Positions 15,704 through 25,692 of a stretch of DNA of 38,224 nt are shown here, piece after piece. The stretch lies in the IMG/VR virus record IMGVR_UViG_3300012038_000009, positions 1 to 38,224 of that record; one strand, 5' to 3'. The translations under genes and the position numbers were made by a program. Position 1 is the first letter of the stretch. The number at the start of each line of letters is the position of its first letter. The notes beneath the pieces are model-generated. The model was not told the DNA's origin. It was given only the letters and a program-made list of their open reading frames with translations, and ran no database searches. Source of the DNA: a virus (taxonomy: Duplodnaviria; Caudoviricetes).

Positions 15704-15721
15704 ATGGTAAACTCTAACCAT
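15704..15721. promoter_or_regulatory. Overlapping divergent -10 elements between the two genome arms
   Basis: + strand TG-G-TAAACT-6-ATG (TerS); - strand TAGAGT-7-ATG; flanked by ATGGT/ACCAT. Confidence 0.45.
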
Positions 15722-16148
15722 GCCGCACAAATCAGAGAAAGTTATTTTTGACGATAAGGATTTAATAATCCTCGAAACCCTATCCGGTTATCGCATCCCT
15801 ATGGATAAGATTGCAGCACACCTTGAGATTTCAGAAGACACACTTGAGAGAGTAGTTAAGCGGGATGACGCAGCACATGCGGCCATGATGCGGGGCCGCG
15901 CAAAAGCTTCGATTATGGCGTGTGAAACTCTTTTTAAATTGGCTACGGATAAGAAGAATCCAAATCTCGGGGCTCTAAAGTTTTGGCTACAGGTTCATGA
16001 GGGATACACTATCAAGCAGCAAATCGAACACTCAGGCGAAATCAAAACGAGAAACATCACTGAGCTGTCAAAGAATCCGAAAGCACTTGAGTTAGCTAGG
16101 CAACTAGCGGAAGAATTAAGCGACGATGGGGACCAGGGACAAGAATGA
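15720..16148 (+). CDS. terS: Terminase small subunit
   Basis: HTH-like N-terminus, ALKFWL and IEHSGEI motifs; directly upstream of TerL. Confidence 0.75.
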   Translation: MPHKSEKVIFDDKDLIILETLSGYRIPMDKIAAHLEISEDTLERVVKRDDAAHAAMMRGRAKASIMACETLFKLATDKKNPNLGALKFWLQVHEGYTIKQQIEHSGEIKTRNITELSKNPKALELARQLAEELSDDGDQGQE

Positions 16149-17535
16149 GTTTGGCGATGCGTGGAAGAGTTTTCCACACACACTCGCATCCAAACTCGCA
16201 CGCGGTAAGTGGAAGAAATACCCGCACCTAAAATACATTTCGAATCTAGTCTTTGATGCAGTGACTAAAGGTGGCGGTCGTCTAATTATTAACGCGCCAC
16301 CTAGACACGGTAAGTCAGAGTTTATTTCTCACTGGGTTCCTGTTTGGTTCTTAGAAAACTTTCCTGAGAACAATGTAATTCTTACATCCTACGAAGCTGA
16401 GGCCGCAGCTCAGTGGGGGCGTAAGGTACGAAATGAGTTCGAGACTCAGGAGTTGCTCACTACGAAGCTTAGGGATGACTCAACGGCTGCTAATAGATTT
16501 AACACGCATAAGGGCGGCGGCATGATGACCGCTGGAGTGGGCGGCCCGTTAACTGGACGCGGTGCGCAATTAATAGTAATCGATGACCCAGTTAAGAACT
16601 TAAAAGAATCTTTGTCTGCAACCAAACGCGCAGAGGCCCGTGAATGGTTTAATTGGGTCTTGTATAGCCGCGCTGAACCAGGCGCGACAATCGTTCTACT
16701 TATGACCAGATGGAACCACGACGACCTAGCCGGGTATCTACTCAAAGACCACACAGACAAGTGGACGCATGTAAACCTACCCGCACTTGCCGAAGCGAAT
16801 GACTTACTTGGTAGGCAGATAGGCGAACCCCTATGCCCTGAGCGCTACGACCTAGCCGCGCTCGATGCGATCAAGAGAGCCTCAGGCTCGCGCGCGTGGG
16901 TATCGCTCTATCAGCAACGCCCAACACCAGACTCAGGCGCACTCGTGAATCGGTCGCATTTTAAATTCTGGAAAGAACTACCCGACCGCTTCGACAAGAC
17001 GCTTCAAAGCTGGGATATGACTTTTAAAGAGACCGCCGATGGCTCATTCATTGTTGGACAAGCGTGGGGCAAAAAAGGCGCAGACAAATATCTAATCGAT
17101 CAAATAAGATTTCGCGGTGAGTTCACGTCGGCAATACAAGCCGTCAAAACTTTCAGCGCAAAACACCCAAAGATTCTAACAAAACTCATAGAGGACAAAG
17201 CGAATGGACCTGCGATTATTTCCGCACTTAAAAAAGAGATTCCTGGAATTATTCCGGTCGGGGTTTCGGGTAGCAAACTCGCAAGGTTTCAAGCCGTCTC
17301 TCCGAGCTTCGAAGCGGGTAACGTCTATTTACCTGATCCGTCAAACGCGACATGGGTCCATGATTATATTGAAGAAGCCGTATCGTTTCCGTCCGGTGCG
17401 CACGACGATCAGGTCGATGCAACCTCCCAAGCTCTCGAACATTTTCTAGAAGTACGCGGCACCTTCACAGAAAACATGGTTACACGTAATATGAAAGACG
17501 TAGTCATTCCAATCAAAGGGGAAAATCCGTGGTAA
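16126..17535 (+). CDS. terL: Terminase large subunit
   Basis: Walker A APPRHGKS, Walker B IVIDDP, MTRW, LYQQRP; nuclease motifs SWD, IEDKANG, HDDQVDA. Confidence 0.97.
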   Translation: MGTRDKNEFGDAWKSFPHTLASKLARGKWKKYPHLKYISNLVFDAVTKGGGRLIINAPPRHGKSEFISHWVPVWFLENFPENNVILTSYEAEAAAQWGRKVRNEFETQELLTTKLRDDSTAANRFNTHKGGGMMTAGVGGPLTGRGAQLIVIDDPVKNLKESLSATKRAEAREWFNWVLYSRAEPGATIVLLMTRWNHDDLAGYLLKDHTDKWTHVNLPALAEANDLLGRQIGEPLCPERYDLAALDAIKRASGSRAWVSLYQQRPTPDSGALVNRSHFKFWKELPDRFDKTLQSWDMTFKETADGSFIVGQAWGKKGADKYLIDQIRFRGEFTSAIQAVKTFSAKHPKILTKLIEDKANGPAIISALKKEIPGIIPVGVSGSKLARFQAVSPSFEAGNVYLPDPSNATWVHDYIEEAVSFPSGAHDDQVDATSQALEHFLEVRGTFTENMVTRNMKDVVIPIKGENPW

Positions 17536-18923
17536 AGATTCCAAATAGTAGCGGCATCCGTTTACTCTCGGACGAAAATCCAGTTGAGGATGTAAAGACC
17601 GAAAGGATTTTTCTACATACGACTCCCGTCGGTTCCCCAGGTACTAAAATTTACGCAGGCTACACGCAAGAGGAGTATCTAAACTCCCTTCAAGGAAGAA
17701 TCAGGGCCGACAAGTTTGATCAAATGCGCCGATCTGACTCTCAAGTCATCATGCTACTTAGTGCGGTTAAGAATCCAATCAAGTCGGCAAACTGGGAGAT
17801 TGAGTCCGCCGATGATTCAGAGGAAGCTAAAAAAGAAGCGGCACTTATTCGTCATATCTTATTTGATGATCTTGATCAGACGTGGCAAGAGTTCATCGGG
17901 GAAGCTTTAAGCTTCGTTGAGTTCGGTCATTCCGTGTTTGAGCGCACGCATAAGGTTGTTCTTAACCATCCTGATTTCGGAAACTATAACGGCATTCAAT
18001 CCCTCTCGTTTCGATCACAGAGAACAATTGAAAGATGGCACGTCGAACCACTAACCGGAAAACTAAGATACATAAGTCAGTACGCATATGGGGATTTACA
18101 AAGGTTAGTTGATATTCCATCTGAGTTTCTCGTAATATTTAACGTGAACAAAGAGGGAGCGAATCACGAGGGCATATCCATGATTCGTCCGTGTTATGGA
18201 AACTGGTTTCGAAAGAACGAGTATCTAAAATTTAACGCTGTCGGTATTGAAAAGTTCGCAATTCCTACACCACTCATCGAAGTACCAGACGGCTTGCAAG
18301 GGTCCGAAGCATTCGCGTATATGACCGCAGCCATGGAGCACTATTGCACGCATCAATCACAATATTTAACTTACCCAGCGGGTTGGAAGATTGATCTTCA
18401 TTCGAATACATACGACCCACAAAAGGTCGAGGTCTCAATCGACAATGAAGATAAGCGAATGACGGTCGCGTTTCTTGCCAACTTTTTAAACCTAGGTATG
18501 GGCGGTGGTAGTGGGTCATACGCACTTTCTAATGACCTCAGTGATTTTTTTCTTAGTGGTATTGAGCATATCGCCAATATCATCACTGCTAAAATGAACA
18601 GGGAAGTTATCCCAGATTTAGTTAAACTTAACTTCGGATCCAAATCTAAATATCCAAAACTTAAAGTATCTGGAATCTCAGACAAAGCAGGCAAAGAACT
18701 TGCCGACACATTGAAACAGTTATCAGATGGGCAATACATAACCCCAGACGATAAACTCGAAGTGCATTTGAGAAAGCGTCTTGGCATAACTGAAATGTCA
18801 AACGAAGGGCAACGCAAACCCCAAGTACCGCAACAATCATTTGGGTTTCAAGAGGACAGTCCGTTAAGAAAACGAATCAGAACTTCCGAGAAACTACGTC
18901 GTGGCAAAATCAAACGGGATTAA
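17529..18923 (+). CDS. Portal protein (DUF935/Mu gp29-like)
   Basis: Follows TerL; GHSVFE, G.SMIRPCY..W..K and GSYAL motifs. Confidence 0.9.
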   Translation: MVKIPNSSGIRLLSDENPVEDVKTERIFLHTTPVGSPGTKIYAGYTQEEYLNSLQGRIRADKFDQMRRSDSQVIMLLSAVKNPIKSANWEIESADDSEEAKKEAALIRHILFDDLDQTWQEFIGEALSFVEFGHSVFERTHKVVLNHPDFGNYNGIQSLSFRSQRTIERWHVEPLTGKLRYISQYAYGDLQRLVDIPSEFLVIFNVNKEGANHEGISMIRPCYGNWFRKNEYLKFNAVGIEKFAIPTPLIEVPDGLQGSEAFAYMTAAMEHYCTHQSQYLTYPAGWKIDLHSNTYDPQKVEVSIDNEDKRMTVAFLANFLNLGMGGGSGSYALSNDLSDFFLSGIEHIANIITAKMNREVIPDLVKLNFGSKSKYPKLKVSGISDKAGKELADTLKQLSDGQYITPDDKLEVHLRKRLGITEMSNEGQRKPQVPQQSFGFQEDSPLRKRIRTSEKLRRGKIKRD

Positions 18924-19806
18924 AGTTAAGAATCACATTAAAGAAGCCGGTGCATCTCTAAAAGATTTAATGCAAGAGCATCTGACAATTATTTCTGAGG
19001 ACATGATTGATCAGGTTAGAATTAATTTAAACAAAGCAACTCCCGCCCAGCGCGTGAACGCTTACAACGGGGTAACTCCCACGGGTGCGCAGGCGTACCA
19101 GAGCGAATTACTCACTGCGCTATCGATTATTTCATTTGATGCGATTGATCAGGCGAGACGCGAGGTTCCGAAAGCAAAGAAGGTAAAGCTTTCTGATCTA
19201 AAAAAGTACGGAGAAATTCCCGAAGAGTCGATCAACCTATCTGAGTTTGATTTACTACCGCCGGGTGTTCAGAGAGCGCTTAAAAATCAAGCAAGGTTTC
19301 TTGTCGGAACACAACTTGCGGATCTAGAAAAGAATCTATTCTTTCAATTCAGTAACTCATACGACTCGACGGATTCGATAGACACGATTCTTGACGACCT
19401 CGCTGGGCAAGCGGACGACTACATGGAAGGCGTCGCTATAGAATCTGGTGCTGTTTCGGTCGCCGGTAAAACAATAAACGATGCTAGAAATGCATTCTTT
19501 TTTGACGATGATGTACTTGAAGAACTAGACGGCTTCGAGTTTTGGAACGGTGACCCAGTAACGGACATTTGCAATGACCTTTATGATAATTTCGGACCTG
19601 GAAAATACCTAATCGCCAAAGATGATCCAAACTTATTTAGACTCACCCCGCCACTACATTGGCGATGTAAGAGCACAATACTACCAGTTCTAAAGGGCAA
19701 AGCCGGTGACAGAGAAACTAAACCATTTGCTCCGTCTGAGTCCAGTCTCGAGGATCAGATTCAATTCTCTGAGTGCCATCACTATCTCAATCATAAACTA
19801 AAATAA
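18901..19806 (+). CDS. Head morphogenesis protein (Mu gpF/SPP1 gp7-like)
   Basis: D..TDIC...PPLHWRCKS; position after the portal gene. Confidence 0.8.
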   Translation: MAKSNGIKVKNHIKEAGASLKDLMQEHLTIISEDMIDQVRINLNKATPAQRVNAYNGVTPTGAQAYQSELLTALSIISFDAIDQARREVPKAKKVKLSDLKKYGEIPEESINLSEFDLLPPGVQRALKNQARFLVGTQLADLEKNLFFQFSNSYDSTDSIDTILDDLAGQADDYMEGVAIESGAVSVAGKTINDARNAFFFDDDVLEELDGFEFWNGDPVTDICNDLYDNFGPGKYLIAKDDPNLFRLTPPLHWRCKSTILPVLKGKAGDRETKPFAPSESSLEDQIQFSECHHYLNHKLK

Positions 19807-19816
19807 ACTCGACTCC

Positions 19817-19845
19817 TTGACCGAAAATTCAGCGCCGCCCAAAAT
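19817..19845 (+). promoter_or_regulatory. Putative leaderless promoter for the protease-capsid genes
   Basis: TTGACC-17-CAAAAT-6-ATG; no SD. Confidence 0.55.
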
Positions 19846-19851
19846 GAGTTC

Positions 19852-20865
19852 ATGCAGCAAACGTTTCGCGCACCATCTATTTCGCTTGGGGAGTTCTCGG
19901 CTATCCCTAATCACGAAATTAAAGACACCGTCCAGGTGCTTCGTGCGGGTACGTTCAATCATCCTGAATACGGGCAGTTCGAAATAAAAGCCTCAGACAT
20001 TGAGACGATGATTAAAAACTTTTCAGATAAAGTAAGAGGCGTCGATCTCGCAATCGATTACTCCCACGAAGCGGACAAAGAAGCCGCCGGATGGATTCAA
20101 GATTTATATTTACAAGAGGGACAAGACGGCAAAGCTGAATTATGGGCGCGTGTTAAGTGGACCCAGACAGGCAAAGATTCGCTTGTCGATAGAAAGTATC
20201 GCTATTTAAGCGCAGATTTCGCGTTCTCATACAAGAACAATGAAACATCTCAAGAGTTTGGACCGACATTATTCGGTGCAGGGCTAACAAATCGTCCGGT
20301 TATTAAGAACATGTCTCCGGTGATTGAACTAGCAGAATACACAAAACCAAAAGGAGCTGATCAAATGGATGAGTTACAAAAACTAAAAGCAGAGAACGAA
20401 ATGCTTAAGGCTGAAATCGAAAAGCTTAAGTCAGGTTCGAAGCCTGAGGTTGACGTTGAAATGGAAGACCTCAAGAAAAAATTAGGCGCTTATGAAGCTG
20501 AAAAACAAGCTTCCGATGCAGCAAAGCTTGCCGCTGAAACCAAGCTCGCAGAAATGGTTAAGACCGATGAGTTCAATAAACTCATGACCGAAGGCAAAGC
20601 TTGCGAAGCTCAAAGAAAATTTTATCTGTCAGGAGACGCGGTTGAGTTTGCGAAAGCAGCACAGCCTTTGAAACTCGATACAGTCGGCGGCAAGGTTGAA
20701 ACACCAGCCGAAGATAAATCGAATCCTGAAGCAAAGATCCTCAGCGAAGCCAATGCACTTATTAAAACTAACGCAAAGCTCACGCTTGGGGAAGCAATCA
20801 GCAAAGTCATGAAAGACAAACCTGAGCTTGCGAAACTTTACCGTTCCAAAATGAAAGGGGAATAA
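19852..20865 (+). CDS. Mu I-like prohead protease with a C-terminal scaffold
   Basis: IDYSH, AAGWI, LWARVKWT, YRYLS, GLTNRP motifs. In-frame internal ATG at 20365 with AAGGAG SD suggests a separately translated scaffold. Confidence 0.9.
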   Translation: MQQTFRAPSISLGEFSAIPNHEIKDTVQVLRAGTFNHPEYGQFEIKASDIETMIKNFSDKVRGVDLAIDYSHEADKEAAGWIQDLYLQEGQDGKAELWARVKWTQTGKDSLVDRKYRYLSADFAFSYKNNETSQEFGPTLFGAGLTNRPVIKNMSPVIELAEYTKPKGADQMDELQKLKAENEMLKAEIEKLKSGSKPEVDVEMEDLKKKLGAYEAEKQASDAAKLAAETKLAEMVKTDEFNKLMTEGKACEAQRKFYLSGDAVEFAKAAQPLKLDTVGGKVETPAEDKSNPEAKILSEANALIKTNAKLTLGEAISKVMKDKPELAKLYRSKMKGE

Positions 20866-20867
20866 CA

Positions 20868-21248
20868 ATGGCTTCAAGTTCTGAACCAAGAGTTTTAACA
20901 TTTTTAGCCGATGCAGCGATTGCAAAAGGTAAGGCCGTGAAAATCGGTACAGACCGAAAGCATGTCGCCGTAGGAGCTGCAAACACTGATCGATGCGTAG
21001 GGATTCTGCAAAACGCAGTTACCGCCGCAGATGATTCTTGTGAGGTAGCTATCCAAGGCGGGGGCGCGAAAGCGCTTCTTGGTGAGACTGTCTCGGCTGG
21101 GGATGATCTTTGTTCTCATACCGATGGATCACTAGTGAAAGTAAACGCAGAGGGCGATCAAATCCTTTGCCGTGCGCTTGAGGGCGGAGCGGCTTCTGAT
21201 TTAATCGGCGTAGAAGTCTACTACGCAACCGCTCACGCAGCACAATAA
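20868..21248 (+). CDS. Capsid decoration/cement protein
   Basis: Small Ala/Gly-rich beta protein between the protease and the major capsid gene. Confidence 0.7.
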   Translation: MASSSEPRVLTFLADAAIAKGKAVKIGTDRKHVAVGAANTDRCVGILQNAVTAADDSCEVAIQGGGAKALLGETVSAGDDLCSHTDGSLVKVNAEGDQILCRALEGGAASDLIGVEVYYATAHAAQ

Positions 21249-21270
21249 TTTTAAATAAGGAGAATTTAAA

Positions 21271-22206
21271 ATGTCGCAAATGAAGGCAATTCAAGATGTA
21301 CTGTTAAGCGGAGTAAGCAACGGTTTATTTTTGAAAGGGTATATTTCAGAAAAATTATTCCCAATCATTAAATCCGCTCAATCAACGGGCAAGTTAGGGG
21401 CTTACGGAACCGCTCACCTTCGCATTGAGAACACCGTAAAAGGTGGACGTGGTGCGTATCGAAGGGTTGAGTCTTCGACTACTTCCACAAGCTCGTATGC
21501 AATCGAAGGCCACGGACTTGAGGGAATGGTCACGAAAGAAGACTATAAAAATAAAGTAGACCCTTTCGATGCAGAACAAGACGAAACTATCGGGCTGCAA
21601 AGCTTGATTTGGTTAGGCAAAGAGAAAGCCCTTGCCGATGCTTTAACTAGCACGTCTATCATGACTCAAAACGTAACGCTTTCCGGCACAAGCCAATTCA
21701 GCGATTACAACAACTCGGACCCAGTCGCTAGATTCGCAACCGCACGATCAGTTATTCGCGCAGCTTGCGGTGTAGCTCCAAACGTAGCAGCTCTTGATTG
21801 GGCTGTTTGGAACAAGTTGAGATTCCATCCTCAAATGTTAGACGCTCTCGGTTTCAAATACGACCGACCAGGCGGATTACTTGAGAGTGAGATGGCGTCC
21901 GTTCTCGGTGTTCAGCGTGTTGAGATCGCGGATGTTGTTTATGAGAGTGCAGTTGAAGGTCAAACTTCCGCTCTACTCCCAGTATGGGGCAAACACATTG
22001 TTTTCGCAGTTCTCCCAGACAGCGCACAAAAGCGCCAAGTAAGTCTTGGTTACGAAGTGCGATACGATGGAGAAGCACCACGCAAGGTTTATAAGTGGGC
22101 ATTAAACAACCCACCTGATAGTACTGCGATTCTCTGTGAGGACAATTACGATCAATTAGTATCAAGCGTAGCCGCTGGTTACTTGATCAAAGATTGTATC
22201 GCTTAA
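21271..22206 (+). CDS. Major capsid protein
   Basis: Size, position and strong AAGGAG SD; SDP and W..LRFHP motifs of Mu-like/gpE-like capsid proteins. Confidence 0.9.
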   Translation: MSQMKAIQDVLLSGVSNGLFLKGYISEKLFPIIKSAQSTGKLGAYGTAHLRIENTVKGGRGAYRRVESSTTSTSSYAIEGHGLEGMVTKEDYKNKVDPFDAEQDETIGLQSLIWLGKEKALADALTSTSIMTQNVTLSGTSQFSDYNNSDPVARFATARSVIRAACGVAPNVAALDWAVWNKLRFHPQMLDALGFKYDRPGGLLESEMASVLGVQRVEIADVVYESAVEGQTSALLPVWGKHIVFAVLPDSAQKRQVSLGYEVRYDGEAPRKVYKWALNNPPDSTAILCEDNYDQLVSSVAAGYLIKDCIA

Positions 22207-22231
22207 TAAAAAAGCTTCCTTTGGTTTCAAA

Positions 22232-22270
22232 GAGGGCTTACAAATGTTTAATAGACAAATGTAGGCCCTC
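22232..22270 (+). promoter_or_regulatory. Long hairpin after the capsid gene (attenuator or mRNA-stabilising element)
   Basis: GAGGGCTTACA...TGTAGGCCCTC; no U tract. Confidence 0.5.
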
Positions 22271-22293
22271 AAAACTAGGGGAAAGGGGAAAAA

Positions 22294-22965
22294 ATGAAAT
22301 TGAATAAAACTTTAATCATTGTTCTTGGACTCACAAGCGGGGTTGCACTCGCTGCGATTCGTCCTTATTACCAAGATATTAAGCTTCCAACTCAAGGCAT
22401 GATCGAAGTTCAGGCGGTAGACGATCTCGCCGCAGCTTCGCTTAGTGACATTTTAAGTGCAAACGCTGGACAGACTACGACCGTTACCGCAGTAACGGTT
22501 ACTAGTTTTTTAGCTCAGCCGGACGTACCAAGAAGCTTAAGAGTGACTCCAGGCGGGACGACTTCAAACGTCGCAGCTTGTACGATCGTTGTTAGTGGTA
22601 CAAACTATTTCGACGCATCAATGTCTGAGAACTTTACTTTTACAAATAACCAATCTCAAACAGTTGAAGGAAGCAAAGCTTTCAAAACTATTTCTAGTGT
22701 TGTTTTCCCAGTAGACTGCGAGGACGTAGTGGCAGGAGCGACATGGTCAATCGGATCTGGACATAAGATCGGTCTGAAACGATGTATTACTAATCCTGGT
22801 CACGTTTTATATACGACTGCGGTTCAGCTTTTCGAATCAACAAGAGCAACGGTTGCAGCAAGTACGACTGCGGTTGAGAGTAATACTGCGGACTTTGATG
22901 GATCGATGAACGGAGCTAATGACTTCGAAATCTTCTTTATTCAAAACTTCCAGTGTTTACCATAA
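22294..22965 (+). CDS. Virion-like beta-rich protein with an N-terminal signal peptide
   Basis: MKLNKTLIIVLGLTSGVALA, then PDVPRSL...VSGT...EGSKAFKTISSV. Confidence 0.7.
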   Translation: MKLNKTLIIVLGLTSGVALAAIRPYYQDIKLPTQGMIEVQAVDDLAAASLSDILSANAGQTTTVTAVTVTSFLAQPDVPRSLRVTPGGTTSNVAACTIVVSGTNYFDASMSENFTFTNNQSQTVEGSKAFKTISSVVFPVDCEDVVAGATWSIGSGHKIGLKRCITNPGHVLYTTAVQLFESTRATVAASTTAVESNTADFDGSMNGANDFEIFFIQNFQCLP

Positions 22966-22974
22966 GGGGACGAC

Positions 22975-23175
22975 ATGAAAGTAACAGCATTAACTGATCT
23001 TTTGCACGACGGTAAGGAATATAAAAAAGGCGACTCTTTCGACGTTGACCCAAAGAAAATGTCTAAAGACGAACTTGAAAAAGAGTATTCTCAGCTAGAC
23101 TCTCTCTTAAAAAAGGGAGTCGTTAAGAAACTTGAATCGGAAGCTGCGCAAAAATTAGAGCCAGTCTCCGAATAG
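22975..23175 (+). CDS. Small head-associated protein
   Basis: LLHDGKEYKKGD motif typical of the small gene following the capsid gene. Confidence 0.65.
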   Translation: MKVTALTDLLHDGKEYKKGDSFDVDPKKMSKDELEKEYSQLDSLLKKGVVKKLESEAAQKLEPVSE

Positions 23176-23183
23176 GGGGCTAG

Positions 23184-23615
23184 ATGGCCTATAGCGTTTA
23201 CACGGATGTGGCTAGCGAGTTCAAGGGGATCTCGTTCTCTGCATCGTCATCTGTAACTGATACCGAAGTCACTTCTTTTATCGCTCAGGCAGACGCTCTA
23301 ATCGATAGCTATATAAGTAATCGTTATTCGACTCCAGTTACCGCAGCGGCGGGGGCTATTTCTCTTTTACAATGGATATCTATTCAAATCGTAAGAGAGC
23401 GTATTGTTAAAATACTCGCAGTTAAGACGGGAGTAGAAGCACCGGACCAATTGGAGCCAGAAAAACCAATGTGGCAAACGATGCTTGAGAACATATCTAA
23501 AGGTGTACTCGATCTCGCTGGGGCAACCCTAATATCCTCAGGTGACGGCGTTAAAATGTATAACTACGATAACGATATCGAACCTACATTTGACGTGACA
23601 ACGAATCAATGGTGA
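23184..23615 (+). CDS. Head-tail adaptor (Mu gp36-like)
   Basis: MAY...DV...I.QADALIDSYI..RY..PV...L..I.KG. Confidence 0.8.
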   Translation: MAYSVYTDVASEFKGISFSASSSVTDTEVTSFIAQADALIDSYISNRYSTPVTAAAGAISLLQWISIQIVRERIVKILAVKTGVEAPDQLEPEKPMWQTMLENISKGVLDLAGATLISSGDGVKMYNYDNDIEPTFDVTTNQW

Positions 23616-23618
23616 CGC

Positions 23619-24134
23619 ATGGCGGATGATGAATTTAGTTATGTGGTTGATCCTGGGAAGAAGTTCTCAGCCGCTCTTAAAGATGCTCAAGAAAAGTCAG
23701 TTGATCTCACTGTACCGTTACAGCTCATCGCTAGACAGTGGTTCAAAAGCAATAGAGCAATTTTTGCATTAAAAGGGAAGGGTAAATACGCAGACCTGTC
23801 ACCAAAATATAAGCTACTCAAGAGACGCATCATAGGTTCCGAGTATCCAATCCTTGAGTTTTCAGGGGCTCTTAAAGAATCAATTACAAACCCGAAAGAT
23901 TCGCACGCCATTTCTTTGGTGATAAATAAGACTGGCATCGTTCTTGGGACGAGTATTCCTTATGCGCCTCACCTGCATTTCGGAACCAATAGACCAATGC
24001 CAGCTCGCCCAGTAGTCATGATAGGGGCCGAACAGACTGGACCAGATGAGTTTAACGAACGCGAATCGCTTTGGATTCTTGAGATTGAAAAGCACATAGC
24101 TGAGTCCACAAAACAGATAGGCGAAACTAAGTAA
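23619..24134 (+). CDS. Virion morphogenesis/tail completion protein (Mu gpG/P2 S-like)
   Basis: IL..SG.L..SI...GT..PYA..H.FGT..MPARP. Confidence 0.85.
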   Translation: MADDEFSYVVDPGKKFSAALKDAQEKSVDLTVPLQLIARQWFKSNRAIFALKGKGKYADLSPKYKLLKRRIIGSEYPILEFSGALKESITNPKDSHAISLVINKTGIVLGTSIPYAPHLHFGTNRPMPARPVVMIGAEQTGPDEFNERESLWILEIEKHIAESTKQIGETK

Positions 24135-24613
24135 TGGCAAAATACGACATTGAATCTTTCTTAGCCGACATAGAAACACTACTTAAAGCTCACTTAAACA
24201 CGGCAATTTCTGCATTAAACACTGAGAAAAATGACTCAATAACCCTAGCCTCTGTCGATTCTGCGGCTTACTTTCTTCAAAGTCTCAATGGTCCTGTCGC
24301 CAATTTTGACCCATATATTCTTTACGGAGTGACTGACATTAAGAGCGCTTCGGCTGAATCAGCGAGTGTTAGCGATCTGACGGTGCAAGTCATAATCGTC
24401 CAATCTGATAACGGTCAGGATGAAAATATTTCCAAGCGCATGTATCGCTACGGGAGAGTTTTGCAAGAAACTTTCGAAGACCACTTCCAGGAAAATTCCT
24501 TGTCCATTAAGATGAAAATACAAAGTTTGGTTCCGATTTCGTATGAGCAATTAAACTCTAGCTTTAGGTCTAGAGCGGTTGGAGTAAGTATCCAGGCGTT
24601 CTTACCGAGCTAA
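24134..24613 (+). CDS. Putative tail terminator
   Basis: Size and position before the tail tube gene. Confidence 0.55.
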   Translation: MAKYDIESFLADIETLLKAHLNTAISALNTEKNDSITLASVDSAAYFLQSLNGPVANFDPYILYGVTDIKSASAESASVSDLTVQVIIVQSDNGQDENISKRMYRYGRVLQETFEDHFQENSLSIKMKIQSLVPISYEQLNSSFRSRAVGVSIQAFLPS

Positions 24614-24629
24614 AAAGAAAGGACTCTTT

Positions 24630-25523
24630 ATGGCTCTCAGCGCTCCAAGAATAGTTTATGGGATTCACTCGTTCACTCCCTACAGCCGATCGACTGGCTT
24701 GTATTATGGGGTTTTAAAAGTTTTAGAAGGGTCTTCGCTTAGCCTTGAAGGATCTGTCGTCGATCTTATGGGCGGTTCAAGCAAATACCCATGGGCATCT
24801 GAGGAGTCCACGATTAGTTCAGAGTGTTCACTTAAAGTTGATCAATTTGAAGATTTCATGATTGAGCTTTTCTTAGGTAAAGCACCTACGGCAAACTCGG
24901 CTGAGACGACTGGTAGCACTACTACACTTACCAACGTGTACGGAACAAGCGCTAAGAGTGCAACGATCGGTATCGCATCTGTTAGTGCTCTCTCTGCATC
25001 TGAAAGCGATATGAAGTTTGGTCAATACATCGTTAAAGTCGTATCAGCGACGACGGTGGACGTTTATTTCAGCTCTGATTTAGATTTGGGTCGTGGAACT
25101 AATGGCACTTATCAAAACGATGCTCTAAAAATAACAGCAACGGCGCTCACCATAGCTTCGGGAGCCCCTGTAACAGTTCCTAACTTCGGGATTAAACTAA
25201 CTGGTGGGTCCGGTACTATCGGCATGACTACTGGTGACACTGCAAGCTTTAGCGTTAGACCTCCTAACACAAAGTCAATGGACGTAAGTATCGGCGGATT
25301 ATCGGATGCTACGTTCCCTGAGTTCGGCGCAATTATCATGGCTCAAAAGCGTGGTAATGGCGAGATGTTCGAACTTACAGCATACAAATGTAAGGGTGTC
25401 GGAATGCCATTCCCGTTCGAAATGGGGGCGTTCTCTAAGACTGAGATTAAAGTAAAATGCCTTTACGACTCAGCGGTTGATGCCGTGTTCAGCGCACGAC
25501 ATATCACCCCTTCAGTCGTTTAA
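24630..25523 (+). CDS. Major tail (tube) protein
   Basis: Ser/Thr/Gly-rich 297 aa, before the chaperone and tape measure genes; no sheath gene present. Confidence 0.75.
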   Translation: MALSAPRIVYGIHSFTPYSRSTGLYYGVLKVLEGSSLSLEGSVVDLMGGSSKYPWASEESTISSECSLKVDQFEDFMIELFLGKAPTANSAETTGSTTTLTNVYGTSAKSATIGIASVSALSASESDMKFGQYIVKVVSATTVDVYFSSDLDLGRGTNGTYQNDALKITATALTIASGAPVTVPNFGIKLTGGSGTIGMTTGDTASFSVRPPNTKSMDVSIGGLSDATFPEFGAIIMAQKRGNGEMFELTAYKCKGVGMPFPFEMGAFSKTEIKVKCLYDSAVDAVFSARHITPSVV

Positions 25524-25692
25524 TTTTAGGGCTGATTCCTAGAACGTGTTTCGCGTACTTTGGGAGACAGCAACCTAGTACGAAATTACTTATCGTCAAT
25601 CTATTAGCCTTAGCGTAGGTCTTAAATAGATTTAATTCGTATTCTGAGAGTCTGACATTTAATCGGTTTGATTTCTTTGGTGACATATTCAT
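25504..25692 (-). CDS. Ribbon-helix-helix (MobC/CopG-like) DNA-binding protein
   Basis: RLNVRLSEYELNLFKTYAKANRLTISNFV; own TTGACA box at 25727-25732 on the minus strand. Confidence 0.7.
   Translation of the reverse strand: MNMSPKKSNRLNVRLSEYELNLFKTYAKANRLTISNFVLGCCLPKYAKHVLGISPKIKRLKG

Noticed and set aside
17529-24134. Mu-like transposable phage
   Set aside because: Only the head and neck genes are Mu-type; no transposase A/B, sheath gene or host DNA at the ends.
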